NCBI GenBank assembly: GCA_002269645.1
Contig: NIVC01000716.1
Span: 83,426-147,425 of the forward strand
DNA: 64,000 nucleotides
Direction of reading: 5' to 3'
Source: Macrostomum lignano
Lineage: Eukaryota
In this document: positions 12,586 to 24,139 of the stretch, one piece after another
Layout: the number at the start of each line of letters is the position of its first letter
How positions within the stretch are numbered: the first letter of the stretch is position 1
Program-made: the position numbers and the translations under genes
The notes under the pieces: generated by a model
What the model was told of the DNA's origin: nothing
What the model saw: only the letters and a program-made list of their open reading frames with translations
Database searches by the model: none

Positions 12586-13007
12586 TTGCTGGCTCATTCA
12601 GTCCAGCTCACGGTGCGTAGAATTTGTTCCACGAGAGTGAATTTTTAATTTGTTATTTTCCAAAGGAGTGAGGATTTGGCGATCGCTGCCCACCCTCGCC
12701 AAGCTGTCTGGGAGGGGGGGGGGGCAAATGCAAATCCAATTTGCAAAGCCGCCGCGGATAGCATGGAGCCGGCCGGCTACATAGAAGGCGTGAGGGCTTC
12801 ACGGCAAGTCCTGCAAAAGCCTTTGGAAATTTAAAAGCTCCCCCTCTCAGGTTGGTCCCAATTGAGCTGGTCATGCAGAATTCACGGCCCGATAGTGATG
12901 ATTTATTACATGTGTGAGTGTGAATATGTAATAATTCTATTAGTAACATGTGATATTCGAAGAGAGATTCTGGCAACTCTTAGGGGCTGATTCAAGGAAT
13001 TGCTGAG

Positions 13008-13548
13008 GACAGGTTCTGGCGATTGCTGGGGACAGGTTCTGGCGATTGTTGGGGACAGGTTCTGGCGATTGTTGGGGACAGGTTCTGGCAATTGTTGGGG
13101 ACAGGTTCTGGCAATTGTTAGGGACAGGTTCTGGCGATTGTTGGGGACAGGTTCTGGCAATTGTTGGGGACAGGTTCTGGCGATTGTTGGGGACAGGTTC
13201 TGGAAATTGTTGGAGACAGTTTCTGGTTCTGGCAGGTTCTGGCAATTGTTGGGGACAGGTTCTGGCGATTGTTGGGGACAGGTTCTGGCGATTGCTGGGG
13301 ACAGGTTCTGGCAATTGTTGGGGACAGGTTCTGGCGATTGTTGGGGACAGGTTCTGGCAATTGTTGGGGACAGGTTCTGGCGATTGTTGGGGACAGGTTC
13401 TGGCGATTGTTGGGGACAGGTTCTGGCGATTGTTGGGGACAGGTTCTGGCGATTGTTGGGGACAGGTTCTGGCGATTGTTGGGGACAGGTTCTGGCGATT
13501 GTTGGGGACAGGTTCTGGCGATTGTTGGGGACAGGTTCTGGCGATTTT
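13008..13548. repeat. 23-bp minisatellite (GGGGACAGGTTCTGGCGATTGTT)n
   Basis: About 23 copies read directly. Confidence 0.95.
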
Positions 13549-14029
13549 CGGCGACAGATTCGACTTGATGTCGAACATGTCAAAGATGTCGAACAGCTTT
13601 GGACATGTCTAGCGTTCTCAGAACTGAAGCTGATTCGCTATCAAAAGCGGGTGCATATAATACTGATTTAGGCTGATTTAGGCGCAGCAGGCAGCCAAGT
13701 TTCCCAGCCAGACTCCCGCCGGCAGCCCTAATGACTGGATTTCGTGACTGAGAGCTGCAGCCCAGCTGCAGTGTCGCCCCCGCCAGATTTACAGCCGCAT
13801 TCTGGGTAGACGCTCGCTGTGGCAACAATAAATAACAGCTGAAGTTTAGCTCCAATTCCGTACAAGTACTGAACTCCAGAACGTTAGCCATCTCCGTGTA
13901 CACGCAGAGTTTGCTGCTTTCTTTCTTTTGCTGCAGAGCGATGTGCAGTGATATCCACACCCGTTTACAGCGTACTCGCGACATATGCTTATGCTTGTGA
14001 ATTTGCCGATCTGATCTTGAAACTGCCAC

Positions 14030-15518
14030 TCTCAGCTGATCTGCCACTCTGCTCCTGAATATGGCCATCTGATCCTGAATATGGCTATCTGATCCTGAAT
14101 ATGGCTATCTGATCCTGAATATGGCTATCTGATCCTGAATCTGCCACTCTGATCCTGAATATGGCTATCTGATCCTGAATCTGCCACTCTGATCCTGAAT
14201 ATGGCCATCTGATCCTGAATCTGCCACTCTGATCCTGAATCTGCCACTCTGATCCTGAATATGGCCATCTGATCCTGAATCTGCCACTCTGATCCTGAAT
14301 ATGGCTATCTGATCCTGAATACAGCTATCTGATCCTGAATATGGCTATCTGATCCTGAATACAGCTATCTGATCCTGAATATGGCTATCTGATCCTGAAT
14401 ACAGCTATCTGATCCTGAATACAGCTATCTGATCCTGAATATGGCTATCTGATCCTGAATACAGCTATCTGATCCTGAATATGGCTATCTGATCCTGAAT
14501 CTGCCACTCTGATCCTGAATATGGCTATCTGATCCTGAATCTGCCACTCTGATCCTGAATATGGCTATCTGATCCTGAATCTGCCACTCTGATCCTGAAT
14601 ATGGCTATCTGATCCTGAATACAGCTATCTGATCCTGAATATGGCTATCTGATCCTGAATACAGCTATCTGATCCTGAATATGGCTATCTGATCCTGAAT
14701 ACAGCTATCTGATCCTGAATATGGCTATCTGATCCTGAATACAGCTATCTGATCCTGAATATGGCTATCTGATCCTGAATACAGCTATCTGATCCTGAAT
14801 ATGGCTATCTGATCCTGAATCTGCCACTCTGATCCTGAATATGGCTATCTGATCCTGAATCTGCCACTCTGATCCTGAATATGGCTATCTGATCCTGAAT
14901 CTGCCACTCTGATCCTGAATCTGCCACTCTGATCCTGAATATGGCTATCTGATCCTGAATCTGCCACTCTGATCCTGAATATGGCTATCTGATCCTGAAT
15001 CTGCCATCTGATCCTGAATATGGCTATCTGATCCTGAATACAGCTATCTGATCCTGAATATGGCTATCTGATCCTGAATACAGCTATCTGATCCTGAATA
15101 TGGCTATCTGATCCTGAATATGGCTATCTGATCCTGAATACAGCTATCTGATCCTGAATATGGCTATCTGATCCTGAATACAGCTATCTGATCCTGAATA
15201 TGGCTATCTGATCCTGAATACAGCTATCTGATCCTGAATCTGCCACTCTGATCCTGAATCTGCCACTCTGATCCTGAATATGGCTATCTGATCCTGAATC
15301 TGCCACTCTGATCCTGAATATGGCTATCTGATCCTGAATCTGCCACTCTGATCCTGAATCTGCCACTCTGATCCTGAATATGGCTATCTGATCCTGAATC
15401 TGCCACTCTGATCCTGAATATGGCTATCTGATCCTGAATCTGCCACTCTGATCCTGAATATGGCTATCTGATCCTGAATCTGCCACTCTGATCCTGAATA
15501 TGGCTATCTGATCCTGAA
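14030..15518. repeat. 20-bp minisatellite: constant CTGATCCTGAAT plus one of three 8-mers (ATGGCTAT / ACAGCTAT / CTGCCACT)
   Basis: About 74 copies read directly. Confidence 0.96.
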
Positions 15519-16533
15519 TGCGGCAGATTGAACACCCTGCTGAAATCGGAGTGACCGGTTTTTATTTATTTCAATTTTATCTCACAGGCAGTTCCACGCC
15601 CCATTGCAGAGAGGTGTGACTCAGTCTTCACACCGGAGAGCTCCCAGATGGAAAGTCGCCGAAATGGAGGGTCGCCTCGAGTCGCTAAAGAAGCCAAAGA
15701 CACCCGCAGCCAGCAGCCCAGCCCGCGGTCCGCGTGATTTATCCTCACAAATCCCACACTTACTACGCACTTCACCGTATTGCACACTGAACTGTCCATT
15801 CGAATTAACATGGCTTGCAAAAATAAACATAGCAAATTTTTCGAGTTTGGAAACTTGGAATTGCAACTGGCTAATGCAAAAATGATGTTTTATTAAGCCA
15901 CACAATAAAAACGGCATCGATAAGCAGAATGTGCGACTAATATGTAAACAGTAGCATGTTTGTTATAGTAAAAGTAAAAAGCTATTAGTTAATGCTTTAC
16001 TAAATATAATGAGACAATACTGAGGTGAAGATCAAGATATTGATTTATCTGAATAACCTGTACACAGCAGTGCAACACGGGCAGCATGAGAAACTTGCGG
16101 CTTGCTGGTAAAAATGCTCAGCTTTTTAATTAACAATAAATGGCAATAACTGCGCGAGAGTTGATCAATTTACAGCGGCTTAACTGGTGATTACTAGATG
16201 GATTACAGCTGTGAGCGATACTGAATTAATAATGCATAGGAGGTCACACAGCGGCTGCGGGGCACAGGCCTGAAAGACAGCAGCCAGCAGCTCACAAGCA
16301 GCCAGTGAGATTGCGTGGGTCACACAGCGGCTGCGGGGCACAGGCCTGAAAGAACAGTGTATTACCCAATGCTTTAAACATAGTTTTGGGCATAGTTTTG
16401 ATTGAAACACTTATATTTCCGCTTTCTAGTTCAATTCTTTTTTTTGAAATCTGATTGAAATCAACTTTCAGGCTCCAGAGAGTTCTGGAGAATCTATTCA
16501 GCTAGTGTAGACGAACAGGTTCCGACTTTGCTT

Positions 16534-17010
16534 TCATACGCCACCGCCGCGGGGCTTGTCCTGGAAGCTGCGCTTGGTCCGGGCGAACTCCGCCCGGTTC
16601 GGCCACTGGGCCGCCGCCAAGGCGTTCAGCGGGCTGCTGTTGTTGGGCTCGGCCAGCAGGGCCCGCACGGACAGCAGCACGGTCCGCACGGTGTACAGGG
16701 CGCTCCACTTCTCGCGCAGGATGTCCAGGCAGATGTTGCCCAGCTGGTCAACGTTGGGGTGAAAGCAGGGCGTGGTGAAGCGGACGGCCGGGCCGCGGAA
16801 CGGGTAGTCTGCGGGGAACTCCAGCGACAGCTTGTAGACGTCGCCTTCGTACGGCGAGTCGTCCGGGCCGCGCAGCGTAGCCGTCCATTTGGCGAGGCTC
16901 TCGCCGTCTGGGAAGGCCGTGGCGCCGGCGTCGCCGCTGCAGGACATGAGCTCCAGCAGCTCCTTCTGCAGCCGGCGACTCAGGCTGTCTGAGATGCCGA
17001 TGCCCGACAT
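16534..17010 (-). CDS. UBE2C: Ubiquitin-conjugating enzyme E2 C (UbcH10/Vihar-like), intronless CDS, 158 aa
   Basis: RLQKELLELM, TAFPDGESLAKW, LSLEFPADYP, FTTPCFHPNVDQLGNICLDILREKWSALYTVRTVLLS and EPNNSSPLN: complete UBC fold with HPN motif and catalytic Cys, plus UBE2C-type KWSALY.VRT. Confidence 0.93.
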   Translation of the reverse strand: MSGIGISDSLSRRLQKELLELMSCSGDAGATAFPDGESLAKWTATLRGPDDSPYEGDVYKLSLEFPADYPFRGPAVRFTTPCFHPNVDQLGNICLDILREKWSALYTVRTVLLSVRALLAEPNNSSPLNALAAAQWPNRAEFARTKRSFQDKPRGGGV

Positions 17011-17159
17011 TCGCTGCTGGCTGCTGCTCTGCTGTCAGGTGGGAAACTGGGGAGTCAGCGAGAGCGCAAGAACAGCTGTAAGGTTTGGTGAGCGCTGGGC
17101 AGGTGAAAACTGTGAGATTCTCATGGGCTGGATTCTAACATAGGTTGAGATTGTCTAAC

Positions 17160-17335
17160 TGTAGTGAGATTATCTGAGCTGCAAATTAATCTAAGGGTGA
17201 GATTATCTGATCTGCAAATTAATCCAAGGATGAGATTATCGAGGCTGAAAATTAACCCAAGGATGAGATTATCGGAGCTGCAAGGTAATCTAAGGATGAG
17301 ATTATCCAAGCTGCAGGTAAGGGTGAGACTATCAA
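17160..17335. repeat. Degenerate 33-bp tandem repeat (GTGAGATTATCTGAGCTGCAAATTAATCTAAGG), about 5 copies
   Basis: Read directly. Confidence 0.8.
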
Positions 17336-17869
17336 ACTGTAAATAAATATAGAACGGTTGAGATGGCCAGATCGGGACTACATGACCTAAGCTGGTAGAA
17401 AATGAATATAACAGGTGCAAGACAATTGAGCTAATCAAAATCAACAGACCTGGCAGCATGAATGCCCATGCCCACAGGCCCGTCAAGGATATTTGCGCAT
17501 GCCAATAAGAATTCCTTGTACCGGAAAAGTTACAGTTTTGAAAACAAAAGTTACATGGCAGATGAAACATCAGTCAGACAGGTGCTTTACGCATTCAAAA
17601 GTAGGAAAATTTAAATTAACAAAAAACGGAAACCAGCAAAAGGCAAATAACTAGAAGCAGCAAGATTCGCGCCACAAGTAATTTATTCGATTTGAAATTT
17701 TGCCAACGGCTTTGATCTGAGAACTAACCGGCCCGAATGCTGCAAGAAGAGCAAAAAGGAAAACTGCAGCCAAAGTCCACAAGATAATCGCAACAGCAGC
17801 AGCCGTTGGTGAATTTTTGATAATCCACTGTCACGCAAAAGCCAGAGCAAGGTCACCCAATAATCAGCC

Positions 17870-18403
17870 CAAGGATCATCCGAAGGTCACCCAAAGATCA
17901 TCTCAAGGTCACGCAAGGATCATCTCAAGGTCACGCAAGGATCAGCCTAATGTCACCCAAGGATCAGCCCAGTGTCGCCCAAAGGTCATCCAAAAGTCTC
18001 CCAAGGATCCGCCCAAGATCAACCAAGGATCATCCGAAGGTCAACCAAGGATCAGTCCAGTGTCACACAAATGTCAGCTCAAGGTCAGCTGAGCCTCAGT
18101 CCAGTGTCACTCAAAGGTCAGCTCAAGGTCAGCTGAGCCTCAGTCCAGTGTCACCCAAAGGTCAGCTCAATGTCAGCTGAGCCTCAGTCCAGTGTCACCC
18201 AAAGGTCAGCTCAAGGTCAGCTGAGCCTCAGTCCAGTGTCACCCAAAGGTCAGCTCAAGGTCAGCTGAGCCTCAGTCCAGTGTCACCCAAAGGTCAGCTC
18301 AAGGTCAGCTGAGCCTCAGTCCAGTGTCACCCAAAGGTCAGCTCAAGGTCAGCTGAGCCTCAGTCCAGTGTCACCCAAAGGTTAGCTCAAGGTCAGCTGA
18401 GCC
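17870..18403. repeat. Degenerate CAAGGATCA/CAAGGTCA repeats grading into a 44-bp minisatellite, in the FNTA 3' UTR region
   Basis: A 44-bp period is clear from about 18065 to 18403; the left part is degenerate. Confidence 0.88.
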
Positions 18404-19017
18404 TCAGTCCAGCTCCGGCTGCACCAGCCCTTCTTGAAGCTCGGGCATCTGTCCGCCGTGGCGAGCATGCAGGTCGCCAGCTACAAACAGCCAGTAGCGC
18501 CTGCGGATCCGATCGGCCTTGGTGGCCAGCAGGTGCAGCAGCCGCAGCGCCTCGGTGGCCACAGACTCGCGGGTCTCGCCCTCGGCCAGCGGGCAGCGCC
18601 TGTCCAACTGGTCGGCCCGATAGTCGGCCATGAAGGCCAGCAGGTGCGGACAGCCGGCCTCCGTGGCCAGCAGCTCCCGGCAGAACTGCAGCAGGCGGGG
18701 ACAGTCAGCCAGGCCGGTGTCCAGGTGCAGGCCGCGCAAGAAGCTCCAGGCGCTCTCGTTATTCGGACACTGGCCGATCCAGTTCAGCGCGAACTCGGTC
18801 TCGGCAGCCACCACATCGGGGGTCAGGCCGCTGGCTTCGCCATTCCGGTTGGCCAGCACGAAGTGGCGCTGGTGCCAGGCGGAGTTGTTGCGGACATCCG
18901 TGCCGATGAGCAGCTCCGTGTAGGCCAGCTCCCGCTCCCACAGGTTGAAGTGCCTGATGGCCCACTGCCGGTGCTCCCAGGCGTGGTAGTTCTTCGAGTC
19001 CTCGGTCAGCACCTCGC
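18404..19017 (-). CDS. FNTA: Farnesyl/geranylgeranyltransferase type-1 alpha subunit, exon 2
   Basis: Acceptor cccgcag|GC GAG GTG. EVLTEDSKNYHAWEHRQWAIRHFNLWERELAYTELLIGTDVRNNSAWHQRHFVL...PNNESAWSFLRGL...DRIRRRYW are PFTA repeats. Stop at 18404-18406. Confidence 0.95.
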
Positions 19018-19333
19018 CTGCGGGTAGCGGCAGTGCGGGGGGGAATCATGACACTGCTCAGCAGGACTCAAGTCTATAACAGTGGAGAGAGTAGCGGCAG
19101 TGCGGGGGGAATCATGGCACTGCTCAGCAGGACTCGAGTCTATTACAGTACAGTATTGGCGCGCTTGCACTATGTGCTCAGCAGAGCCAATTGTGGAACG
19201 ATGTCGAAGGCGTTGCTACACTGTGTCCAGCAACCCCAGCAACCCACACAGCCAATATCAGCAACCCTCACCAGTCAGCTCCAGCTCCGAGGTGCCGTCA
19301 GCAACCCACACAGCCAATATCAGCAACCCTCAC

Positions 19334-19745
19334 CAGTCAGCTCCAGCTCCGAGGTGCCGTCAGCCCCCGACAGCCTCGTGGCCACCCAGCGCCGGTGGTA
19401 CCAGACCTGGTAGTTCTTCTGATTGCGCAGGATGATGCCGCGCACCAGCTTCATCTCCGCCTCCATGTCGCCGTCCAGGCTGGCCAGGATGGCTCGCCGG
19501 TAACTCCAGGTGGTGTAGTTCGCGGGGTTCAGCTCGATGGCGTCGGCGGTGAGCGCCAGGGTCCGCTGCGAGCGCTCATCCGCCCGCATGCAGGCGCGCA
19601 GGTAGTCGTGCACGTCCGAGAATTTCTCAGTGTAGGCGATGCGCAGCACCGTGCGCTCGGACTCGTCCTGCTTCAGCGGGGTCACGTCCGCCCAGTCGGG
19701 CCGGTCCCGGTACAGAACCCAGCCGCCTGCTGCTGTTGCTGACAT
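19334..19745 (-). CDS. FNTA: Farnesyl/geranylgeranyltransferase type-1 alpha subunit, exon 1
   Basis: ATG at 19745. LYRDRPDWADVTPLKQDE...IAYTEKFSDVHDYLRA...ELNPANYTTWSYRR...NQKNYQVWYHRRW...SELELT. Donor ACTG|gtgagg is phase 1 and matches exon 2, giving 341 aa in total. Confidence 0.95.
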
Positions 19746-22189
19746 CGCTGCCGGTTCAATTAGGTGCTGGCTTTGGCACTTGACATGAATTTGAAAAACT
19801 CCTGTGAATATTTACTCCCATAATCTGTGTCTATGCTACTAATAGTAAGAACATTAGGCTATTGAAAGTGAAATATTTTAATCAATTTTCGAATTTACAG
19901 TAAACCTTTAAATGTACCTATATGCTACTAATGTCATCATCCAGAAATTTCTTGGCCAATGATCATCTTTTTGTTATGACTAATCCTAATCATAATTTTT
20001 ATAAAGCACAAAAACTTTCTGAATAGGGAGGAAGTACTCCCAAAATCGATTTGATGAAATTCAAAAACACAGGAATGGAAACTTGAAACTGCTTTACATT
20101 TTTCCACATTTTAACAGAAACTCATGAGCCACAACCAGATCAAGACTATCAAACAGTGATGAAATTCGTGAGGAAAGTCAAGACATAGCATAGGGGCCCA
20201 AGGTCTAAGTGCGATTTTGTCAAAAATATGGTTGCAATATCCAAGTAGGGTCCAAGTTAAAGTTGCAGGTAAAAAAATCTTTTGCAATACTCTTTGACCT
20301 CCCCAGGATCCACCAGTGAGTTCAAGCTCTGAGCTTGAGATACTCACAAGCAATACAAGCATGAAAAGAGAAATATTTTTTTAATTTTATTAAAATTAAA
20401 AGACAAAACAAAGATTTATTGCTTTAGCAATTATAGTTTATAGTTTGATTGCTATTATCAACTTATATGTACATTTTAAAATAGTTATAAGTAAACTAGC
20501 ATAGAATAAATGGCATAATTAAGACTAGCCTTCTCTATGGCCTATATTTATTAAGCATAAGCCCAGGAACTACTGCCCTGCATAAGCCTAGCAGCAATAT
20601 ATTATTACTTATTTGCATTCCTAAACAAGCAATGTCTTATAGAAATGGGCATTTATAGATGACAATGAACTAAAAACCTGGCTAGCCAACTGCAAAATCT
20701 TATTATATGTTATTATTCTAAGCTTATGCATGCAGAGGCAGCTATAGTGCTGTGACAGGCATAAAAGAAAAAATATATAAGATAGCCAAAGAAATGCAGG
20801 CCCTTAACTACTCTAAAAATCATTGCTAAGCTATCCTAAGAATTGACACTAAACTAACTTAAGAATCTCCCTTAAACTAACAAAAAAATCTACTAAAGCC
20901 AGTTTCACTTTAATTAGAATCACCTAGGGATCAGGTGATGTACTCATATTGATACACATTAAAACAAAATCTAATTCAATCTCAAATATACCTGAGCACC
21001 AACAAGCCAAGTAGGAATTGATACCTTGTTGTTGTTATTGTAGCAAAAAAATAAAATGGAAAAGTAGAAGAAACACAAGCTGTCACAGCACTGAGCAGCT
21101 ATATTGATATATAGCTAGTAAATTACAAAAAAAATATACTGAGTTCATGATAAAAATTGCCTTTATTTATTTAATTTCATTTTAGGTTTTGCACATTTAT
21201 ATTAAATCTTATTAGGCATGCTTTATAATGCTAGAGATTTTGGTGTCAAGTAATTTGGTGCCTGCTTGTATTTTGTATTTTGTATTTTAGAATTTTTAAG
21301 TGATTATAGTTTAATTTACTTTGATACTTTTTGTTTTATGAGTATAAGTAGCATTGATATAGATTAGGCCTAAAAAGTATTAATATGCAATGCTTTGTTA
21401 TATTTTTTTAACAAATTTAATAGCAAATATTAAAAACCTTTTTCTATAAGGGTGCATAGTAGACTCATGGTAGACATTGCAACCATTCAATAAGACTTTT
21501 TGAAAAAAAAACAGAAAAATATGTTACATAAATGGTTACATATATTTAAAAACATTTTTACAATTATATTTTGCAAGTCAATTAAAAAATTTATAATGAG
21601 ATATAAACTTTGTGTTTAATTTTGTTTACTGCAATGTTTTAGAGAAATATAATTTTTCTATAACATTAAACATATATTAGGAAGAGATTTATAATAGTAA
21701 CTACAAGTAACACATCTCAAACATTATATTTCAATCATATTTGAATAGATAATTGCATAATTTACCATTGTGTCATCAGACCCAAGCAATATGCCCTATA
21801 GATAGTGAGATATATATTAGATAGCAATATCAAACATGCAAGTTAGGTAAGTTTGTGTTAAAAAATATGTAGTATATATAGTATATTTTTTAATTTTTAT
21901 AAGACAAGTTTTGCATTTGATTTCAGTATTAGAAATATTGGGTCAAGTACTCAGCTTTAGAGCATTGAGTTAATACTTCTAAGGACTGTATTTAATTATT
22001 TGTATATACATATAATATATATTATATGCATTTTCACCAATAATATATGTTATATTGTGAAAAGCTTATAAAAGTCCTTTATTCTTCCTTAACAACATTT
22101 CAGGTGTCTCATTACTAGACTATTGTCGTCTAATAAAAAAGAAGAAAGCTCCAGTTATATTTGTACACAATGCAAAGCAGAGACAAAGG

Positions 22190-22412
22190 CAGAGGCAAAG
22201 CCCAATGCTAAGGCAGAGGCTAATTCTAAGGCTGATGCTAAGGCAGAGGCTAATACTAAGGCTGATGCTAAGGCAGAGGCTAATACTAAGGCTGATGCTG
22301 AGGCAGAGGCTAATGCTGAGGCTGATACTGAGGCAAAGGCTAATACTGAGGCTGATGCTGAGGCAGAGGCTAATACTGAGGCTGATGCTGAGGCAGAAGC
22401 TAATGCTAGGGC
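22190..22412. repeat. 30-bp tandem repeat (GCTGATGCTGAGGCAGAGGCTAATACTGAG-like) inside the transposon block
   Basis: About 7 copies; variants are almost all G/A differences. Confidence 0.9.
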
Positions 22413-22439
22413 AAAAACCTTCAGCTTGCAACATGGAGC

Positions 22440-23620
22440 CAGATAGCAGAGATCTTGTTTCCTCCCATGGATATATACTAGGATGTGATGCAATGGAGAA
22501 AAGGGAGGTTTGAAATACTAGAAATGTATGGTTTACAACAGCACTATTCAGTGCAATGGCAGCATTAGGGAATCCCTATATGATAAATATTATCCACAAA
22601 AGACATAATTGGGAGCAAATACAGATAGTGTTCTATGCAAACAGATTGCTTAAGAAGTAAAGCAGGATGCAAGAGAGAAAAGTATATATTGGCAAAAGCA
22701 ATTGTAGAGGAACCTGTCAGTAGTCATGTTGATAAATTGCATGTTCAAGTGCCATATGTAAAGCACTTGGCAGGCCAAGACAACCAACTTCAACAGAAAG
22801 ACCAGCATTAGCACCTACTAACATTGGTATTTGAGCTCACTAAAGACAATATCCCACAACTGTTTCTATATGCCAATGTGCCTATTGCATGCATAGGCAA
22901 GAGGCAAATTATTGCAAGAAAAGAGCAGCTAATAGCACTTGGCCATTGCACCCAATGGTTCCTTAAGTGGTATGTTTATTGTTGCCAAAGAGATATTCAT
23001 ATAGGTATATAGCATTCATGGTATTCAAGCTAGTAGTATATAGTGCATTAGTCTACTAGCCAATATCATTATGTCTAATTGAGCAAAACTAGATTATGTG
23101 GCTATATTTGGCTCCTTGAAATGCTTGCTTGGTCTCACATGTGATGTATACTATGGCAGACTTTGTAGCAGCAACATAGTAAGTACATTCTTAAACATTC
23201 TTGAACATCATTGCCAATGGCTGTGTATTTCACTATAGCCAAGCTATCTATGATCACATTGACCTATTAGGTCTAATCTAAGCCTATTCTATAGACAGCT
23301 ATGCAAATATTGTGTTGCCAACTTAAAGCACTACCATATCTGCCATTTGGAAAGATGGAAGAAACATTTGAAGCACTCTGCCCATAGGCAACTATGCCAC
23401 AATTAACTGAGCTATGTAATTATTTTGACTAGACATAGATATGGCTGTCACACCTAGTCTAGTCTATAGAGTTGCTATTAGCATAGCAAAAGATTGACAG
23501 AACAAATAATGCTATTAAAAGTTGACACTATTCTATGCAAGCATGTTGACATTGGCATGAACATTTTTGCATTGATTAGCCTCTTGGCAGAGCAGACTCA
23601 CATTCTAGGATTGCAAATTT
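22440..23620 (+). mobile_element. Decayed MULE (Mutator-like) transposase fossil
   Basis: Broken frames give QWFL..G.F.VAKEIFI*VYSIHG (about 22955-23022; MULE W..DGTF...F.QLY.IHG) and DRTNNAIKS*HYSMQ (23496-23540; RTNN.IE.WH). Many stops. Confidence 0.7.
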
Positions 23621-24139
23621 GATATTTGATACCTATCCCAAGTACTAAGTCCAAAGCCAATATGATATAGTACTATAAGCTACTTGGGCTACTTATGTAG
23701 CTAGTAATCTTACAAGCTATAGTCTGCTATAATCATTTAATGTCATAACAATAATACATTCCTTTATTCTATTGCAAATTTTGGCATTATTCTCAAATTG
23801 TTCATTGAATCATTTTTTCAATATTTTTTTGCATTTTCCTACTTAAAATGCTGATTTTAGAATGTTTAGACATGCCTGAAGCTATTAAAACAGTAAAAAT
23901 AGCAACTTTGTTTTTTAGCACTTTTTCTTTCTTTAGCAATTCCTAAGGATTCCTAATAATTCAAAGTTTCAAAGTTTTTTATTTCTGATTGGTACAAAAA
24001 TGTGGGAAACAAAAAACAATCAATTAGAAACAATGATGCAATGAATGTCAAGACTTGTGTAAAAACTCAGCAGGGGTAATAATGGGCAATCTAGTATATC
24101 AAGTGGCCAAAAGCATTGATAGGATAAAGCGATTACCAA

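Noticed and set aside
14030-15518. CRISPR-like constant/variable alternation
   Set aside because: The variable part is 8 nt with only three variants, there are no unique spacers or cas genes, and the context is eukaryotic. No other array has unique spacers either.
16502-19742. Overlapping antisense and alternative-frame ORFs across UBE2C and FNTA
   Set aside because: Shadow ORFs expected from GC-rich codon usage.
20300-20340. SELELTG peptide identical to the end of FNTA exon 1, with different codons
   Set aside because: Only 7 aa, with no flanking similarity or splice sites; compatible with chance.
22123-22446. Ala/Glu/Lys-rich (AEAKAD) ORF resembling TolA or antifreeze proteins
   Set aside because: A 30-bp repeat inside a decayed transposon block with no gene context; kept only as a mutation record.
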